A stretch of 49,766 nucleotides of DNA from Thermoanaerobaculia bacterium. Lineage in GTDB: Bacteria; Acidobacteriota; Thermoanaerobaculia; Gp7-AA8. A model generated the notes under the pieces. It worked only from the letters and a program-made list of their open reading frames with translations, did no database searches and had not been told where the DNA came from. The stretch lies in contig DASYSN010000048.1 in NCBI GenBank assembly GCA_036003305.1, positions 1-49,766 of the forward strand, given 5' to 3'. Shown one piece after another: positions 1 through 9,199 of this stretch. Within the stretch, counting starts at the first letter, position 1. Each line of letters opens with the position of its first letter. A program made the translations under genes and the position numbers.

Positions 1-91
1 GGCGAGGTCCCGCAGGTTGCGGCGGCGCCGCATCAGACGATCGTGTCGAAAAGGATTCCGGGTCTCTTTCGCGTCACCGCTGCGTAATCGT

Positions 92-709
92 TCAGAACCG
101 CCGGCTGATCCCTGCCGAATAAACGACGTTCGGCACGCCGGCGCCGCGTGCGCCCCAGGTAACGCTGGCGTCGAGCTGGGTGTCGCGGCCGATGATCCAG
201 GCGCCGCCGGCGTCGAGCTGGAGCTGGCTGGTGTCGTAGCCGCCGTCGATGAAGACGTTGGCGCGCTGCGTGAGGTTGTACTGGATGGTCAGGGCGGCGA
301 GCGCGCCGCGGTCGCGGTTCACCCCGACGTTCGGATTCAGCGACCACTTCTCGCCGAGGTTGATGTCGGCGGCGAGGCGAACATCGCCTTCGTGATGCTC
401 GCCCGCGCGGACGATCACACCGAGCGACGGTGCGTCGGCGAAGTGCACCTTGAAGCCGAAGAGCGGGTGCGTCAGCGCGTTGTCGCTCTCGACGCGCGCC
501 TCGAAGTTCTTCGAGATTCCGTAGCGAAGGAGCGTCGGGAACGAGTTGTCGCCTTTCTCGCGATCGATCCCGGTCTCGAGCTGAAACGTGCCGCGCGCGA
601 TCGTCTGGCTGCCGTCGGCGATGCCGGGACGATCGGGGTTGATCAGGTCATCATCGGCGCGCAACGGGAGCACGCCGATGAAAAGGAACGCCGCGAGGAT
701 CGCGATCAG
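92..709 (-). CDS. outer-membrane beta-barrel protein, MetA-pathway/phenol-degradation-like transporter family (5' end unresolved)
   Basis: Only the last ~205 codons of track ORF 92..1927 look like real protein. They show a signal-like stretch ALIAILAAFLFIGVLPLRA, then DDDLINPDRPG, then an alternating beta-strand pattern ending in ...VVYSAGISRRF. There is no in-frame ATG/GTG/TTG close to the signal peptide. Position 709 is a CTG, so the start is approximate. Confidence 0.55.
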   Translation of the reverse strand: MIAILAAFLFIGVLPLRADDDLINPDRPGIADGSQTIARGTFQLETGIDREKGDNSFPTLLRYGISKNFEARVESDNALTHPLFGFKVHFADAPSLGVIVRAGEHHEGDVRLAADINLGEKWSLNPNVGVNRDRGALAALTIQYNLTQRANVFIDGGYDTSQLQLDAGGAWIIGRDTQLDASVTWGARGAGVPNVVYSAGISRRF

Positions 710-1143
710 GGCTCGAGGTTTTCGGTCACCATCTTGATGAACGAGTTGCGGCTCGGGCTCCGGAAGTCGCCGATCGCGCGAAGCGTCACCGGTTCCTCGG
801 CGCGCATGTATCCGCCGCGCGAGTAGCCCCACGCCGATACGGTAAACGTGGCGGTCTGGCCGGGACCGATCGTCCGGTTCACCGGGACGGCGCCGCTGCG
901 CAGGCTGAACGCGCCGGGACCGACGTTTCGCAACTGCAATGACGTCATCGTCACCGGCTCGTTGGTCGGATTCGTGACCGCCACTGCAAACCGTAGCGAC
1001 ATCGGTCCGGGAAAGTAGAGGATGTCGGAGGCGAGACCGACCGGGCGCACGTCGATCCCGATCGGGGGTGCGTTGTCGCTCGATCCGCTCGCGCACGACA
1101 TCGCAAGGACCATCGTGCAAATTGCAAGAGCATGTTTCTTCAT
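706..1143 (-). CDS. small lipoprotein, unknown function
   Basis: MKKHALAICTMVLAMSC has a lipobox (LAMSC) followed by a Gly/Ser linker. The rest is beta-rich and about 120 aa. I trimmed the track ORF 706..1161 (TTG start) to the ATG at 1143, which gives a KK n-region. Confidence 0.6.
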   Translation of the reverse strand: MKKHALAICTMVLAMSCASGSSDNAPPIGIDVRPVGLASDILYFPGPMSLRFAVAVTNPTNEPVTMTSLQLRNVGPGAFSLRSGAVPVNRTIGPGQTATFTVSAWGYSRGGYMRAEEPVTLRAIGDFRSPSRNSFIKMVTENLEP

Positions 1144-1173
1144 GCTTTGCATTTGGTGCAAAAGGTCTGCGCA

Positions 1174-2574
1174 TCAGCCGGCGATGGCGGGCTGACCCGT
1201 CACCTGTTCCAGTTCCGCTTCTTCGCTCACCCACTCCGGTCCTCGGAAGGCGTTCTCCCAACGGGCGACCACAACGGTAGCAAGGCAGTTGCCGATGACG
1301 TTGACGCACGTGCGCGCCATGTCCATGAGTTCGTCGACGCCGAGGATGACGATGACACCCTCGGCCGGCAGGCCGAACGACGCCATCGTGCCGAGGAGGA
1401 TGACGAGCGACGCTCGCGGGACGCCGGCCACACCTTTCGAGGTCAGCATCAGCGTCAGCATCATGTAGATCTGCTGACCCCAGCTGAGGTGGACGCCGGC
1501 CGCCTGCGCCACGAAGACCGAGGCGAGCGCGAGGTAGAGCGTGGTGCCGTCGAGGTTGAAGCTGTAGCCGGTCGGCAGGACGAAGCCGACGATGCGGCGC
1601 GGAACGCCGAGGCGCTCCATGTTCTCCATCGCCTTCGGTAGCGCGGATTCCGAGGACGTCGTCGCGAAGGCGATCGTCGCCGGCTCTTTCACGGCATTGA
1701 AGAAGTCGCGGAGCGGCACGCGGAAAATGAATACGACCGGCAGGAGCACGAAGACGAGAAAGACGACGAGCGATCCGTAGAGCGTCCCCACCAGCATGCC
1801 GAGGTTGCGGAGGACTTTCAGTCCGCTGTGGCCGACGGTGTTCGCCATCGCCGCACCGACGCCGAAGGGCGCCATCTTCATGACGAACTCGGTGAAGCGG
1901 AACATGATGTCGGCGAGCGACTCGCACCAGTTGATGATCGGCCGCGCACGCTCGCCGATGCTGGTGACCGCGAGCGCGAAGAGGACGGAGAAGATCACGA
2001 TCTGCAGGACGTCGCCGTCCGCCATCGCCTTCATGATCGACGCCGGCGAAAGGTGCGCGATGATGTCGCCGAATTTCTCCGGCTTTGCCGGCGGCTCCGG
2101 CGCGGTCAGGCCTTTGCTCACGGCGTCGGCGGCTGCCGCGGCTTTGACGGCCGCCGTGTTCGCATCGCCCTTTGCAGCGGCGGCGCTGGCGTCGGCGGCG
2201 AGTTTTTTCGCGCGATCGGCGAGGATGGCCTTGTCGTCCTCACGATGGACGCCAGCGAGCGAGACCCCCTCGCCCGGCCTGGTGAGGTTGACGGCGCCGA
2301 GGCCGATGAAGAGGGCGAAGGTCGTGACGATCTCGAAGTAGACGAGGGCCTTGACGCCGATGCGGCCGACCTGGCGCACGTCGCCGGTTCCGGCGATGCC
2401 GATGACGAGCGTCGCGAAGATCAGCGGCGCAATGATCGACTTGATCAGGTTCAGGAAAAGGAGCGAGAGCGGCCGCACCGCCATCCCCCAGTCCGGCTTG
2501 AGCCAGCCGAGGAGGATGCCGGCGATCAGGCCGATGAAGATCTTCGTTGTGAGGGAGACTTTGGGCAGCGCCAT
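1174..2574 (-). CDS. dicarboxylate/amino acid:cation symporter (DAACS, GltP/DctA-like)
   Basis: 466 aa and multi-pass. It has the HP1-like motif TTSSESALP and the NMDGT-type motif YSFNLDGTTLY. It also carries an extra Ala-rich loop (see findings). Confidence 0.85.
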   Translation of the reverse strand: MALPKVSLTTKIFIGLIAGILLGWLKPDWGMAVRPLSLLFLNLIKSIIAPLIFATLVIGIAGTGDVRQVGRIGVKALVYFEIVTTFALFIGLGAVNLTRPGEGVSLAGVHREDDKAILADRAKKLAADASAAAAKGDANTAAVKAAAAADAVSKGLTAPEPPAKPEKFGDIIAHLSPASIMKAMADGDVLQIVIFSVLFALAVTSIGERARPIINWCESLADIMFRFTEFVMKMAPFGVGAAMANTVGHSGLKVLRNLGMLVGTLYGSLVVFLVFVLLPVVFIFRVPLRDFFNAVKEPATIAFATTSSESALPKAMENMERLGVPRRIVGFVLPTGYSFNLDGTTLYLALASVFVAQAAGVHLSWGQQIYMMLTLMLTSKGVAGVPRASLVILLGTMASFGLPAEGVIVILGVDELMDMARTCVNVIGNCLATVVVARWENAFRGPEWVSEEAELEQVTGQPAIAG

Positions 2575-2607
2575 GCGAGCGCGAGTGTAGCTGAGATGCG
2601 TTCGCGC

Positions 2608-4143
2608 CTACTCTTGCAACCGCAGGCGATGAACGATCTCGGCTGAAGCGACAAACGCGATCGCCGCCACCGCATAGACCAGCGTCACCCAAGCCGGCGT
2701 CGTCTTGTAAAACCCGGCGAAGTCGAAGTACGGCGTCTGGCCTTTGTCGTTCACGACGATGTACCAGTACGTCAGAAAGAGGACGACGAACGTCTTTGGG
2801 TTGGAGCTGATGACGCCGAGGGAGGTGGCCGCGGCGCAGAGGAAGGCGATGCCGACGAGGAGGGCGAGCAGCGACGCGGGGCGGGTGATCGCGGTGTGGA
2901 CGACCGGCGCGGCGAGGATGAGGGTGGCGACGACGACCGAGCTGCCGAGTTTCCAGAAGACGAAATGCTCGCGGAGACGCGGCGCGGCGTAGACGAGCGC
3001 GGTCGTGCCGGCGCGGCGCTCGCGCGAGGCGATGTCGGCGATGAAGATCGCGGCCGGAGCAACGCCGATGAGGAGGACGTCGTGGCCGCCCGCGAGCGTC
3101 GCGATGGTGATCCCGATGAACGCAAACGCGGCGAGTGGTACGGCGGCGAGCGAAGTCCGCGCGTCGGCGAGGACCGCGCCGCCGCCGCGAGTGAGCATCG
3201 TCAGCGGGTAGGTGAACGGCTTCGCGATCGCGTTCAGGCGCTGCATCCACTTTCCGTTGCGTGCGGTGTGGGCCCGGACGCGCGCCGGATCGAAACGATG
3301 GAAGAAGAGCAGCGCGATGCCGAGAACGAGGAGTGGCGCGAAGGTGGATGCGATGCGCGTGACCCATTCGCCGCCGTCGAGATGCAGGCCGTCGATGACG
3401 CGCAGCGGCACGCTCTTGTCGAACGGACTCTGCCCGATCGACATACTGTTCGTGTGGTACGTCCGCTTCGTTTCTTCGAGTAGGTAGCCGAAGCCGCAGA
3501 AGTCGAAGTAACGGAGAATGCCCACCTTGCCTTTCTCCATCGAGCTCGCGACTACGCCGAGCGAGCCGACCCACAAGACGAAGTAGACGACGTCGCCGAA
3601 ACGCCCGGAGAGGAACGGGATCGACTCAAAGACGATCGAAACGGCGGCGACGAATACGATCGCTGAGGGAACGAGGATCGCGTACTGCTTGGCGAAGATC
3701 AGCGGCTGCAGCGGCGCCTCGCCGCGCACGAGCACCATCGCCATCGAGACGAGCATGAAGCCGGTGACGAAGGTCACGAGGAACACGACGTTGCCGGCGA
3801 ACTTGCCGAAGATGTACTCGCGCGTCTTCATGGTGGTCGACGCGATGACGAAGCCGCAGCGCGAGTCGAGGTCGCGCCGCACGGCGTTCGACGTCACGTA
3901 GAAGCCGACCAGGCCGATGAAGATGGTGGCGAGGACGGCGGTCGCCATCCCGATCGCCGCGGAGTTGTAGAGGACGCGGCCCTTGCCGATCTGCATCAGC
4001 GTCCTGCCGGTCGCCGGATCGGGGATCCAGACATAGGCGAAGAAGCTGAGCAGCAGGAAGATGACGAGCGTCGACAGTCGCCGGAAGCGGATCAGGAAGT
4101 CCGCGCGGACGATCGCAGCGATGCGGTGGAGCGTTTCGGTCAT
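2608..4143 (-). CDS. ABC-2-type exporter permease (large, ~10-12 TM)
   Basis: The protein is hydrophobic and multi-pass from MTETLHRIAAIVRADFLIRF. The ATG at 4143 overlaps the ATPase stop (ATGA). The 60 N-terminal Arg-rich codons of track ORF 2608..4326 were discarded. Confidence 0.7.
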   Translation of the reverse strand: MTETLHRIAAIVRADFLIRFRRLSTLVIFLLLSFFAYVWIPDPATGRTLMQIGKGRVLYNSAAIGMATAVLATIFIGLVGFYVTSNAVRRDLDSRCGFVIASTTMKTREYIFGKFAGNVVFLVTFVTGFMLVSMAMVLVRGEAPLQPLIFAKQYAILVPSAIVFVAAVSIVFESIPFLSGRFGDVVYFVLWVGSLGVVASSMEKGKVGILRYFDFCGFGYLLEETKRTYHTNSMSIGQSPFDKSVPLRVIDGLHLDGGEWVTRIASTFAPLLVLGIALLFFHRFDPARVRAHTARNGKWMQRLNAIAKPFTYPLTMLTRGGGAVLADARTSLAAVPLAAFAFIGITIATLAGGHDVLLIGVAPAAIFIADIASRERRAGTTALVYAAPRLREHFVFWKLGSSVVVATLILAAPVVHTAITRPASLLALLVGIAFLCAAATSLGVISSNPKTFVVLFLTYWYIVVNDKGQTPYFDFAGFYKTTPAWVTLVYAVAAIAFVASAEIVHRLRLQE

Positions 4144-4994
4144 GCCGCCTTGCTCATCGCGTAGAGGAACGCGTCTTCGAGCGTCGGCTCGGCGGCGACG
4201 CCGCCGCGCGGCTGCTCGGGGCTGACGAGGCGCACGTGCACGCCGTCGCTCTTGCGCACGGCGCCGGAGACTTTCGCGGTGCGCCGCAACTCGTCGAATT
4301 CGTCGGATCGGACGACCATCTCCCACACGTTCCCTCCCGCGCTCCGCAGCAGATCCTCGGGGGCGGCATACGCGACGACTCCGCCGTTACGCATGATGGC
4401 GATGTGGGTGGCGATCGACTCGACGTCGGAGACGATGTGGGTCGAGAGGATGACGAGCTTGCCGATGCCGAGGTCGGCGAGGACGTTGCGGAAGCGAACG
4501 CGCTCCTCCGGATCGAGTCCGGCGGTCGGCTCGTCGACGATGACGATCTCCGGATCGTTGATGAGCGCCTGAGCGATGCCGAGACGCTGCTTCATGCCGC
4601 CCGAGAAACCGCCGATGCTCCGCTTTGCGACGGTGTGGAGGTTGACCATCTCGAGCATGGCGTCGATGCGCTTGCGGTCGCGGACGCCTTTGAGCGCGGC
4701 GAAGTAGCCGAGGAACTCGATCGCCGTGAGGTTCTCGTAGACGCCGAAGTCTTGCGGCAAGTAGCCGAGACGGCGGCGGATGGCGTCGGGGTTCTTCGCG
4801 ACGTCGATGTCGTTGAACGTGATCCGGCCGCTGGTCGGACGGGTGACCGTCGCGATCATCTGCATCAGCGTCGTCTTCCCGGCGCCGTTAGGGCCAAGGA
4901 GGCCGACCACGCCGTTGGTCATCGTGAGCGAGAGGTCGCGCACCCCGTAGTTACCGGAACGGAAGCTCTTCGAGACGGAGTCGACTACAAGCAT
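4140..4994 (-). CDS. ABC transporter ATP-binding protein (ABC-2 subfamily)
   Basis: Walker A GPNGAGKTT, signature FSGGMKQRL and Walker B IVIVDEPTAGLD are present. Confidence 0.9.
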   Translation of the reverse strand: MLVVDSVSKSFRSGNYGVRDLSLTMTNGVVGLLGPNGAGKTTLMQMIATVTRPTSGRITFNDIDVAKNPDAIRRRLGYLPQDFGVYENLTAIEFLGYFAALKGVRDRKRIDAMLEMVNLHTVAKRSIGGFSGGMKQRLGIAQALINDPEIVIVDEPTAGLDPEERVRFRNVLADLGIGKLVILSTHIVSDVESIATHIAIMRNGGVVAYAAPEDLLRSAGGNVWEMVVRSDEFDELRRTAKVSGAVRKSDGVHVRLVSPEQPRGGVAAEPTLEDAFLYAMSKAA

Positions 4995-5074
4995 GCGCAG
5001 GTATACGACGGGCGGGCTCGGGGGTTGCTACGGAGTGCTTAGTTGCGCAGTGCGTAGTGCTTAGGAGGTTTGCT

Positions 5075-5605
5075 GTGCGGTGTTTGAAGTCATCGGCTGT
5101 TGTTCTGGTCGCATTGATCGCGCTTGCATGTCCGTCGAAGAACAACGAGGTCGCGAAGCCGCTCGGTTCGACGAGCGATACGGCGGGTGCTACGAGCCCG
5201 GCGTCGCCGGGCGGAGGGGCGCTGGTTCCGGAGACGAAGGCGGGGACGACGGTGATCGTCACGCTGAACGACAACTCGCTCGACGTCGCGAATCCCGATC
5301 AGATCCCGCCCGGGCCGGCGGTCTTCACGATCACGAACGTGAGCAAGACGAACGTCCATAACCTCTTCGTCGACGGCCCCGGCGTGCAGAAGTCGGCAGG
5401 CAACGATCTGTCGCCCGGCCAGGTCACGAACATGAACATCGATCTGCAGGTCGGCAAGTACACGCTTTATTGCCCGCTGCTCGATCACCGGAAGAAGGGC
5501 GAATCGATCGACCTCGTCATCAAGTCGCCCGCCGCGCCTGCGCCGTCGTCGATGACGGCGCCCGATACGTCGACGACCGGAACGCCGACGAAGACAGGAA
5601 CGTAG
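5075..5605 (+). CDS. cupredoxin-like lipoprotein
   Basis: AGGAGG at 5063-5068 lies 6 nt before the GTG at 5075. MRCLKSSAVVLVALIALAC has a lipobox. The C-terminal single domain carries NVHNLFV ... YTLYCPLLDHRKKGE, which resembles the type-1 copper His / Cys-x4-His arrangement. Confidence 0.6.
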   Translation: MRCLKSSAVVLVALIALACPSKNNEVAKPLGSTSDTAGATSPASPGGGALVPETKAGTTVIVTLNDNSLDVANPDQIPPGPAVFTITNVSKTNVHNLFVDGPGVQKSAGNDLSPGQVTNMNIDLQVGKYTLYCPLLDHRKKGESIDLVIKSPAAPAPSSMTAPDTSTTGTPTKTGT

Positions 5606-5608
5606 CGG

Positions 5609-6583
5609 CTACCGCTTCTTGATCGGCAGCTTCGCGGCGCTCGCCTCGGGGAAGACGCGCATGGCGGAGACGGCGGCGGCGGCTCGGCGGCCCTTCTGGA
5701 TCGGGAGCTTCATGTAGACCTGCGTCGACAGGATCGACGCGTGGCCGAGGATCTCCTGAACCTCGCGGATGTCGGTGCCGCGGGAGACGAGCATCGCCGC
5801 CATGGTGTGGCGCAGGGCGTGCGGGGTGATGTGGCGCTTGATGTCGGCGAGGCGGACGTGTTTCTTGAAGATGTTCTCGATCGAGTAGATCGTGAGACGC
5901 GTTCCGCTGCGGCCGACGAAGAGCGCGTTGGTCTCGAGCGTCCGCTCGCCGCGGTTATCGAGATACGCGACGAGGGAGTCGACGAGCTCGGACGAGAGCG
6001 GGACGATGCGGCCGCGGGTCGCACGGCCGGTGATCTGGATCTGGTGCTCGCTGGCGCGGACGTCGGTGATGTTGAGCGCCACGAGCTCGCCAATCCGGAT
6101 CCCGGTGGAGAAGAGGAGCTCGAGGATGACGTTGTCGCGGATGGCGCAGAAGTAGCGGTTGCGCGCACCGGCCGAGGCCTCGCGCGCGGAGCTGAGGTCG
6201 ACGATCTGCTGCTTCGGCGCGGCGAGGAGGGAACGGATCTCCCGCGCGGAGAGGACGGTCGGGATCCGGCTCTCGACGGGGCGCTTGATCTTCAGCTTGC
6301 GCGCCGGCGACTCGTTGACGATCCCTTTTTCCTCCAGATAGCGGAAGAAGACCTTCAGCGCGGCGATCTTGCGGCGAATCGAAGTGTCACGGTAGGGACC
6401 GGTGCCGAGCTTGTCGAGATAACCTTCGAGGTGCTCGGAAGTGATGTCGCCGGCGAGCGAGGTGTCCATCGCGACGTTGAACTGCGTCAGGTCGGACTGG
6501 TAGGCGCGAAGCGTCCGATCGGAGAGGTTTCGTACCTCCTGACCGTGTTGCAAAAACTGAGCGATCGCCTGCTGCACGTCCAT
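5609..6583 (-). CDS. tyrosine recombinase, XerC/XerD-like
   Basis: MDVQQAIAQFLQH... starts an N-terminal SAM-like core-binding domain. Catalytic elements are STGIRIGEL (Arg), HALRHT (H-x-x-R) and LGHASILSTQVY (His, Tyr). The upstream 480 codons of track ORF 5609..8023 are an Arg-rich artefact. Confidence 0.85.
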   Translation of the reverse strand: MDVQQAIAQFLQHGQEVRNLSDRTLRAYQSDLTQFNVAMDTSLAGDITSEHLEGYLDKLGTGPYRDTSIRRKIAALKVFFRYLEEKGIVNESPARKLKIKRPVESRIPTVLSAREIRSLLAAPKQQIVDLSSAREASAGARNRYFCAIRDNVILELLFSTGIRIGELVALNITDVRASEHQIQITGRATRGRIVPLSSELVDSLVAYLDNRGERTLETNALFVGRSGTRLTIYSIENIFKKHVRLADIKRHITPHALRHTMAAMLVSRGTDIREVQEILGHASILSTQVYMKLPIQKGRRAAAAVSAMRVFPEASAAKLPIKKR

Positions 6584-6713
6584 GCGCGTCACAACTTTCG
6601 ATGATGTTGTAGGGGGTTCTGGCCCGACGCGAAGTCTAGGGGAATAGGGCTGAAAGTCAAGAATTATTTGCCGGAATTCTATGCTGCAAAAGCATGAATA
6701 CAATGGATTTCGA

Positions 6714-7097
6714 ATGCGCGGCCAGCGTTTGTTCGTTCGACCCATCGAAAGTGGTGACGCGGAGGCAATCCGCGCCTTTCTCCATGCAAATGCTCCGGAA
6801 GAAGGCTCGCCGGGAGAGGCTCCGGCATGCGGCCTGCTCGCGAAGCTGGTCGGGGATCTCGCCGGCGTGCTGGCAATGGAAATCGCCGATGATGGCCTGC
6901 GCGTCGAGAACGTCGCCGTCGCGCGCGAACTGCGGCGGAAACGGATCGGACGTTTTCTCATCGACGAGGCGGCACGGCTGGCGGAGAAGATGGACCGCGA
7001 CCGGCTCGTCGTCGTGGACGTGAAGGACGGCGGCGAGTTTCTGCGCCGCGTCGGGTTCACGTTGGAGGATGGAGTGTTCGTGAGGAGGGTGCGGTGA
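6714..7097 (+). CDS. GNAT family N-acetyltransferase
   Basis: It has the acetyl-CoA motif-A-like VARELRRKRIGRFLIDEA, and its size is typical. I chose the ATG at 6714 because the preceding 11 codons are AT-rich. It overlaps the next gene with GTGA. Confidence 0.6.
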   Translation: MRGQRLFVRPIESGDAEAIRAFLHANAPEEGSPGEAPACGLLAKLVGDLAGVLAMEIADDGLRVENVAVARELRRKRIGRFLIDEAARLAEKMDRDRLVVVDVKDGGEFLRRVGFTLEDGVFVRRVR

Positions 7098-9199
7098 GTG
7101 TTGTCGGTAGTCGGTGGTCGGTTGTCGCTTTGGTGATTCTCTCTGTTGCGTGTGGGCACGCGCCCGCACCGGTGCCGGTCCCCGCGCCGGTGCCGCAGGT
7201 CGTTCCTCCTCCTCCACCGCCGGTCGATCCGGTGACCGCGCGGCACGACCTCGCGAAGCGCGCGGTCGCGCAGAACGACGCGACGCTGCTGGCGCAGGCG
7301 GCGGACGCCGACACGTTGGCCGCTCCGTGGCTGCGGCTGCGCCAGGCGGACGCGCTGGCGAAGCAGCAGCAGTTTGCCGCCGCGGCGCAGACGGACGCGC
7401 AGGTCATCACGTCCGCAGCGGAAACGACCGCCGCGACGACGGCTCGCCTGCGTCTCCCGGCGCTCTATGCGCGCGCCGGCGACGCGGCGGCGACGAACAA
7501 CGCGTTCGGCGCATCGATGCAGGTGCCGATCGACGAGACGACCGAAGCGGACTTCGTCAAGCTGGCGAATGATCTGGAAGCGGCGCAGCGACAAGACCTC
7601 GCGACGCAACTCCGCATCCGCCTGCTGAACGACTATCCGCAGGGGCGCTTTACCGAGCAGACGTACACGAAGATCGCGAACACCTCGCCGTCGCCGCTCG
7701 ACACGCTCTCGCTCGACCAGTCGCTGGCGCTGGCGCAGCAACTCGCAAAGTACGACCGCTACGACCAGGAGTTCGATCTGCTCGGCCGTGCCGTGAAACG
7801 CTTCCCCGACGCGCAGACGAGCGCGCTCTACCACGCGACCCGGATCCGCGCTCTCTTTCATTCGCGCCATTACACCGATCTGCTGAACGAAACGGCCGGC
7901 GAGAAGCCGGCCGATCCATCGCTCGCGCTGCTCCGCGCGCGCGCCGCGTGGCGCGTCGGCAAGAACGACGAGTTCCTCACCGGCCTCGCGAATGTCGAAC
8001 AGACGTGGCCCGCGAGCGCGCAAGCCGCTGAAGCGAGGGTGCTCCGATCGAAGTACTACACGACCGACGTCGTCGACTACGACAAGGCGATCGCCGACCT
8101 ACGCGCCGCCATCGCCGCGAACGACCTCGGCGCCGACGGCGAGAACCTCTGGTCGCTCGGCTGGACGCTCTTCCTCGCCGGCAAGACGGACGAGGCGCTT
8201 CAGACGCTCGACGATTATGTGAAGCGCTACTCCGACGGCGACTACACGTCGAACGCGCTCTTCTGGTCCGGCAAGATCCTCGACAGGCTCGGACGGACCG
8301 CGGAACGCGACGCGAAGTGGCGCGCCCTGATCGCCGAGTACCCCTACGGCTATTTCTCGTACCGCGCGCGGCAGCTCCTCGCCCCGCCGAACACGGAAAT
8401 CACGGTCACGGACGCCGGAGGGAGCGCGTACTTCCCGACGATCGACGAAAACGCGATCGCGGCGAACGAGCCGCGCATCGCGGTCGTGCGCGAGCTGGAA
8501 GCGATCGGCCTCGCTCGCGACGCGGCGGTCGAGATGAAGCGTGTCGCGTCGCTGCATCCGAACGATCTCGCGTTTCAGTTCCTCCTCGCCGACCTGTATG
8601 TGGAAGGGGGCGAACCGTTCAAGGCGAACGGGATCCTGCAGCGCCACTTCCGTGACATCGTCCGGCACGGCGGCATCAACGTTCCGCACCGCTTCTGGGA
8701 GATCCTCTACCCGCTGAAGTACTGGGACGCCTACCGCGCGGCCGGTGCGAAGGAGAACGTCGATCCGTACGTCCTCGTGGCGATCACGCGACAGGAGAGC
8801 GGGTTCGAGCCGAGCACGGTATCGAACGCGGGCGCCGTCGGGCTGATGCAGATCATGCCGGCCGAGGCTGGAACGATCGCGACGAAAGCGGGGCTGACGC
8901 CGCCGTCGCGGGAGCAGCTCTTCGATCCGGCCACGAACATCGAGATCGGCGCCGCCGAGTTCGCGCAGAAGCTCGCGAACATGCAGAACAATCCGATCCT
9001 TGCCATCGCCGCCTACAACGCGGGCGAAGACGCCGTTGGCAGATGGATTGCTCATACGCCGGTCGATGACATTGACTTATTCGTAGAGGCGATTCCATAC
9101 GCGGAGACCCGGCTTTACGTGAAGACGGTGACGCGTAACCGCTTCGAGTACCGGCGGATATATGAAAGCAGTACGAATCATCCGGAGCCTCCGCACTGA
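7094..9199 (+). CDS. soluble lytic murein transglycosylase (Slt70-like) lipoprotein
   Basis: It has the lipobox LSVAC and a long alpha-helical superhelical N-terminal region. The C-terminal SLT domain carries the catalytic ITRQESGFEP, GLMQIMP and AAYNAG. Confidence 0.85.
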   Translation: MSVVGSRWSVVALVILSVACGHAPAPVPVPAPVPQVVPPPPPPVDPVTARHDLAKRAVAQNDATLLAQAADADTLAAPWLRLRQADALAKQQQFAAAAQTDAQVITSAAETTAATTARLRLPALYARAGDAAATNNAFGASMQVPIDETTEADFVKLANDLEAAQRQDLATQLRIRLLNDYPQGRFTEQTYTKIANTSPSPLDTLSLDQSLALAQQLAKYDRYDQEFDLLGRAVKRFPDAQTSALYHATRIRALFHSRHYTDLLNETAGEKPADPSLALLRARAAWRVGKNDEFLTGLANVEQTWPASAQAAEARVLRSKYYTTDVVDYDKAIADLRAAIAANDLGADGENLWSLGWTLFLAGKTDEALQTLDDYVKRYSDGDYTSNALFWSGKILDRLGRTAERDAKWRALIAEYPYGYFSYRARQLLAPPNTEITVTDAGGSAYFPTIDENAIAANEPRIAVVRELEAIGLARDAAVEMKRVASLHPNDLAFQFLLADLYVEGGEPFKANGILQRHFRDIVRHGGINVPHRFWEILYPLKYWDAYRAAGAKENVDPYVLVAITRQESGFEPSTVSNAGAVGLMQIMPAEAGTIATKAGLTPPSREQLFDPATNIEIGAAEFAQKLANMQNNPILAIAAYNAGEDAVGRWIAHTPVDDIDLFVEAIPYAETRLYVKTVTRNRFEYRRIYESSTNHPEPPH

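Noticed and set aside
1-91. Possible minus-strand gene start (ATGCGGCGCCGCCGC, ATG at 35) running off the left edge
   Set aside because: Only ~11 codons lie inside the window, so it cannot be supported.
4140-5605. NosDFY/NosL-like copper-maturation link between the ABC-2 exporter and the cupredoxin lipoprotein
   Set aside because: The permease is ~510 aa and unlike NosY. No NosD or NosL signatures are present, and the genes are divergent rather than co-transcribed.
5609-6583. Xer-like recombinase as the marker of an integrated mobile element
   Set aside because: The neighbouring genes have native-looking composition. I saw no flanking direct repeats or cargo genes, so a chromosomal XerC/D-type function is the simpler reading.
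6584-8023. N-terminal 480 codons of track ORF 5609..8023
   Set aside because: The recombinase domain begins at MDVQQ (6583). The upstream part is antisense to the GNAT and Slt genes and is compositionally implausible.
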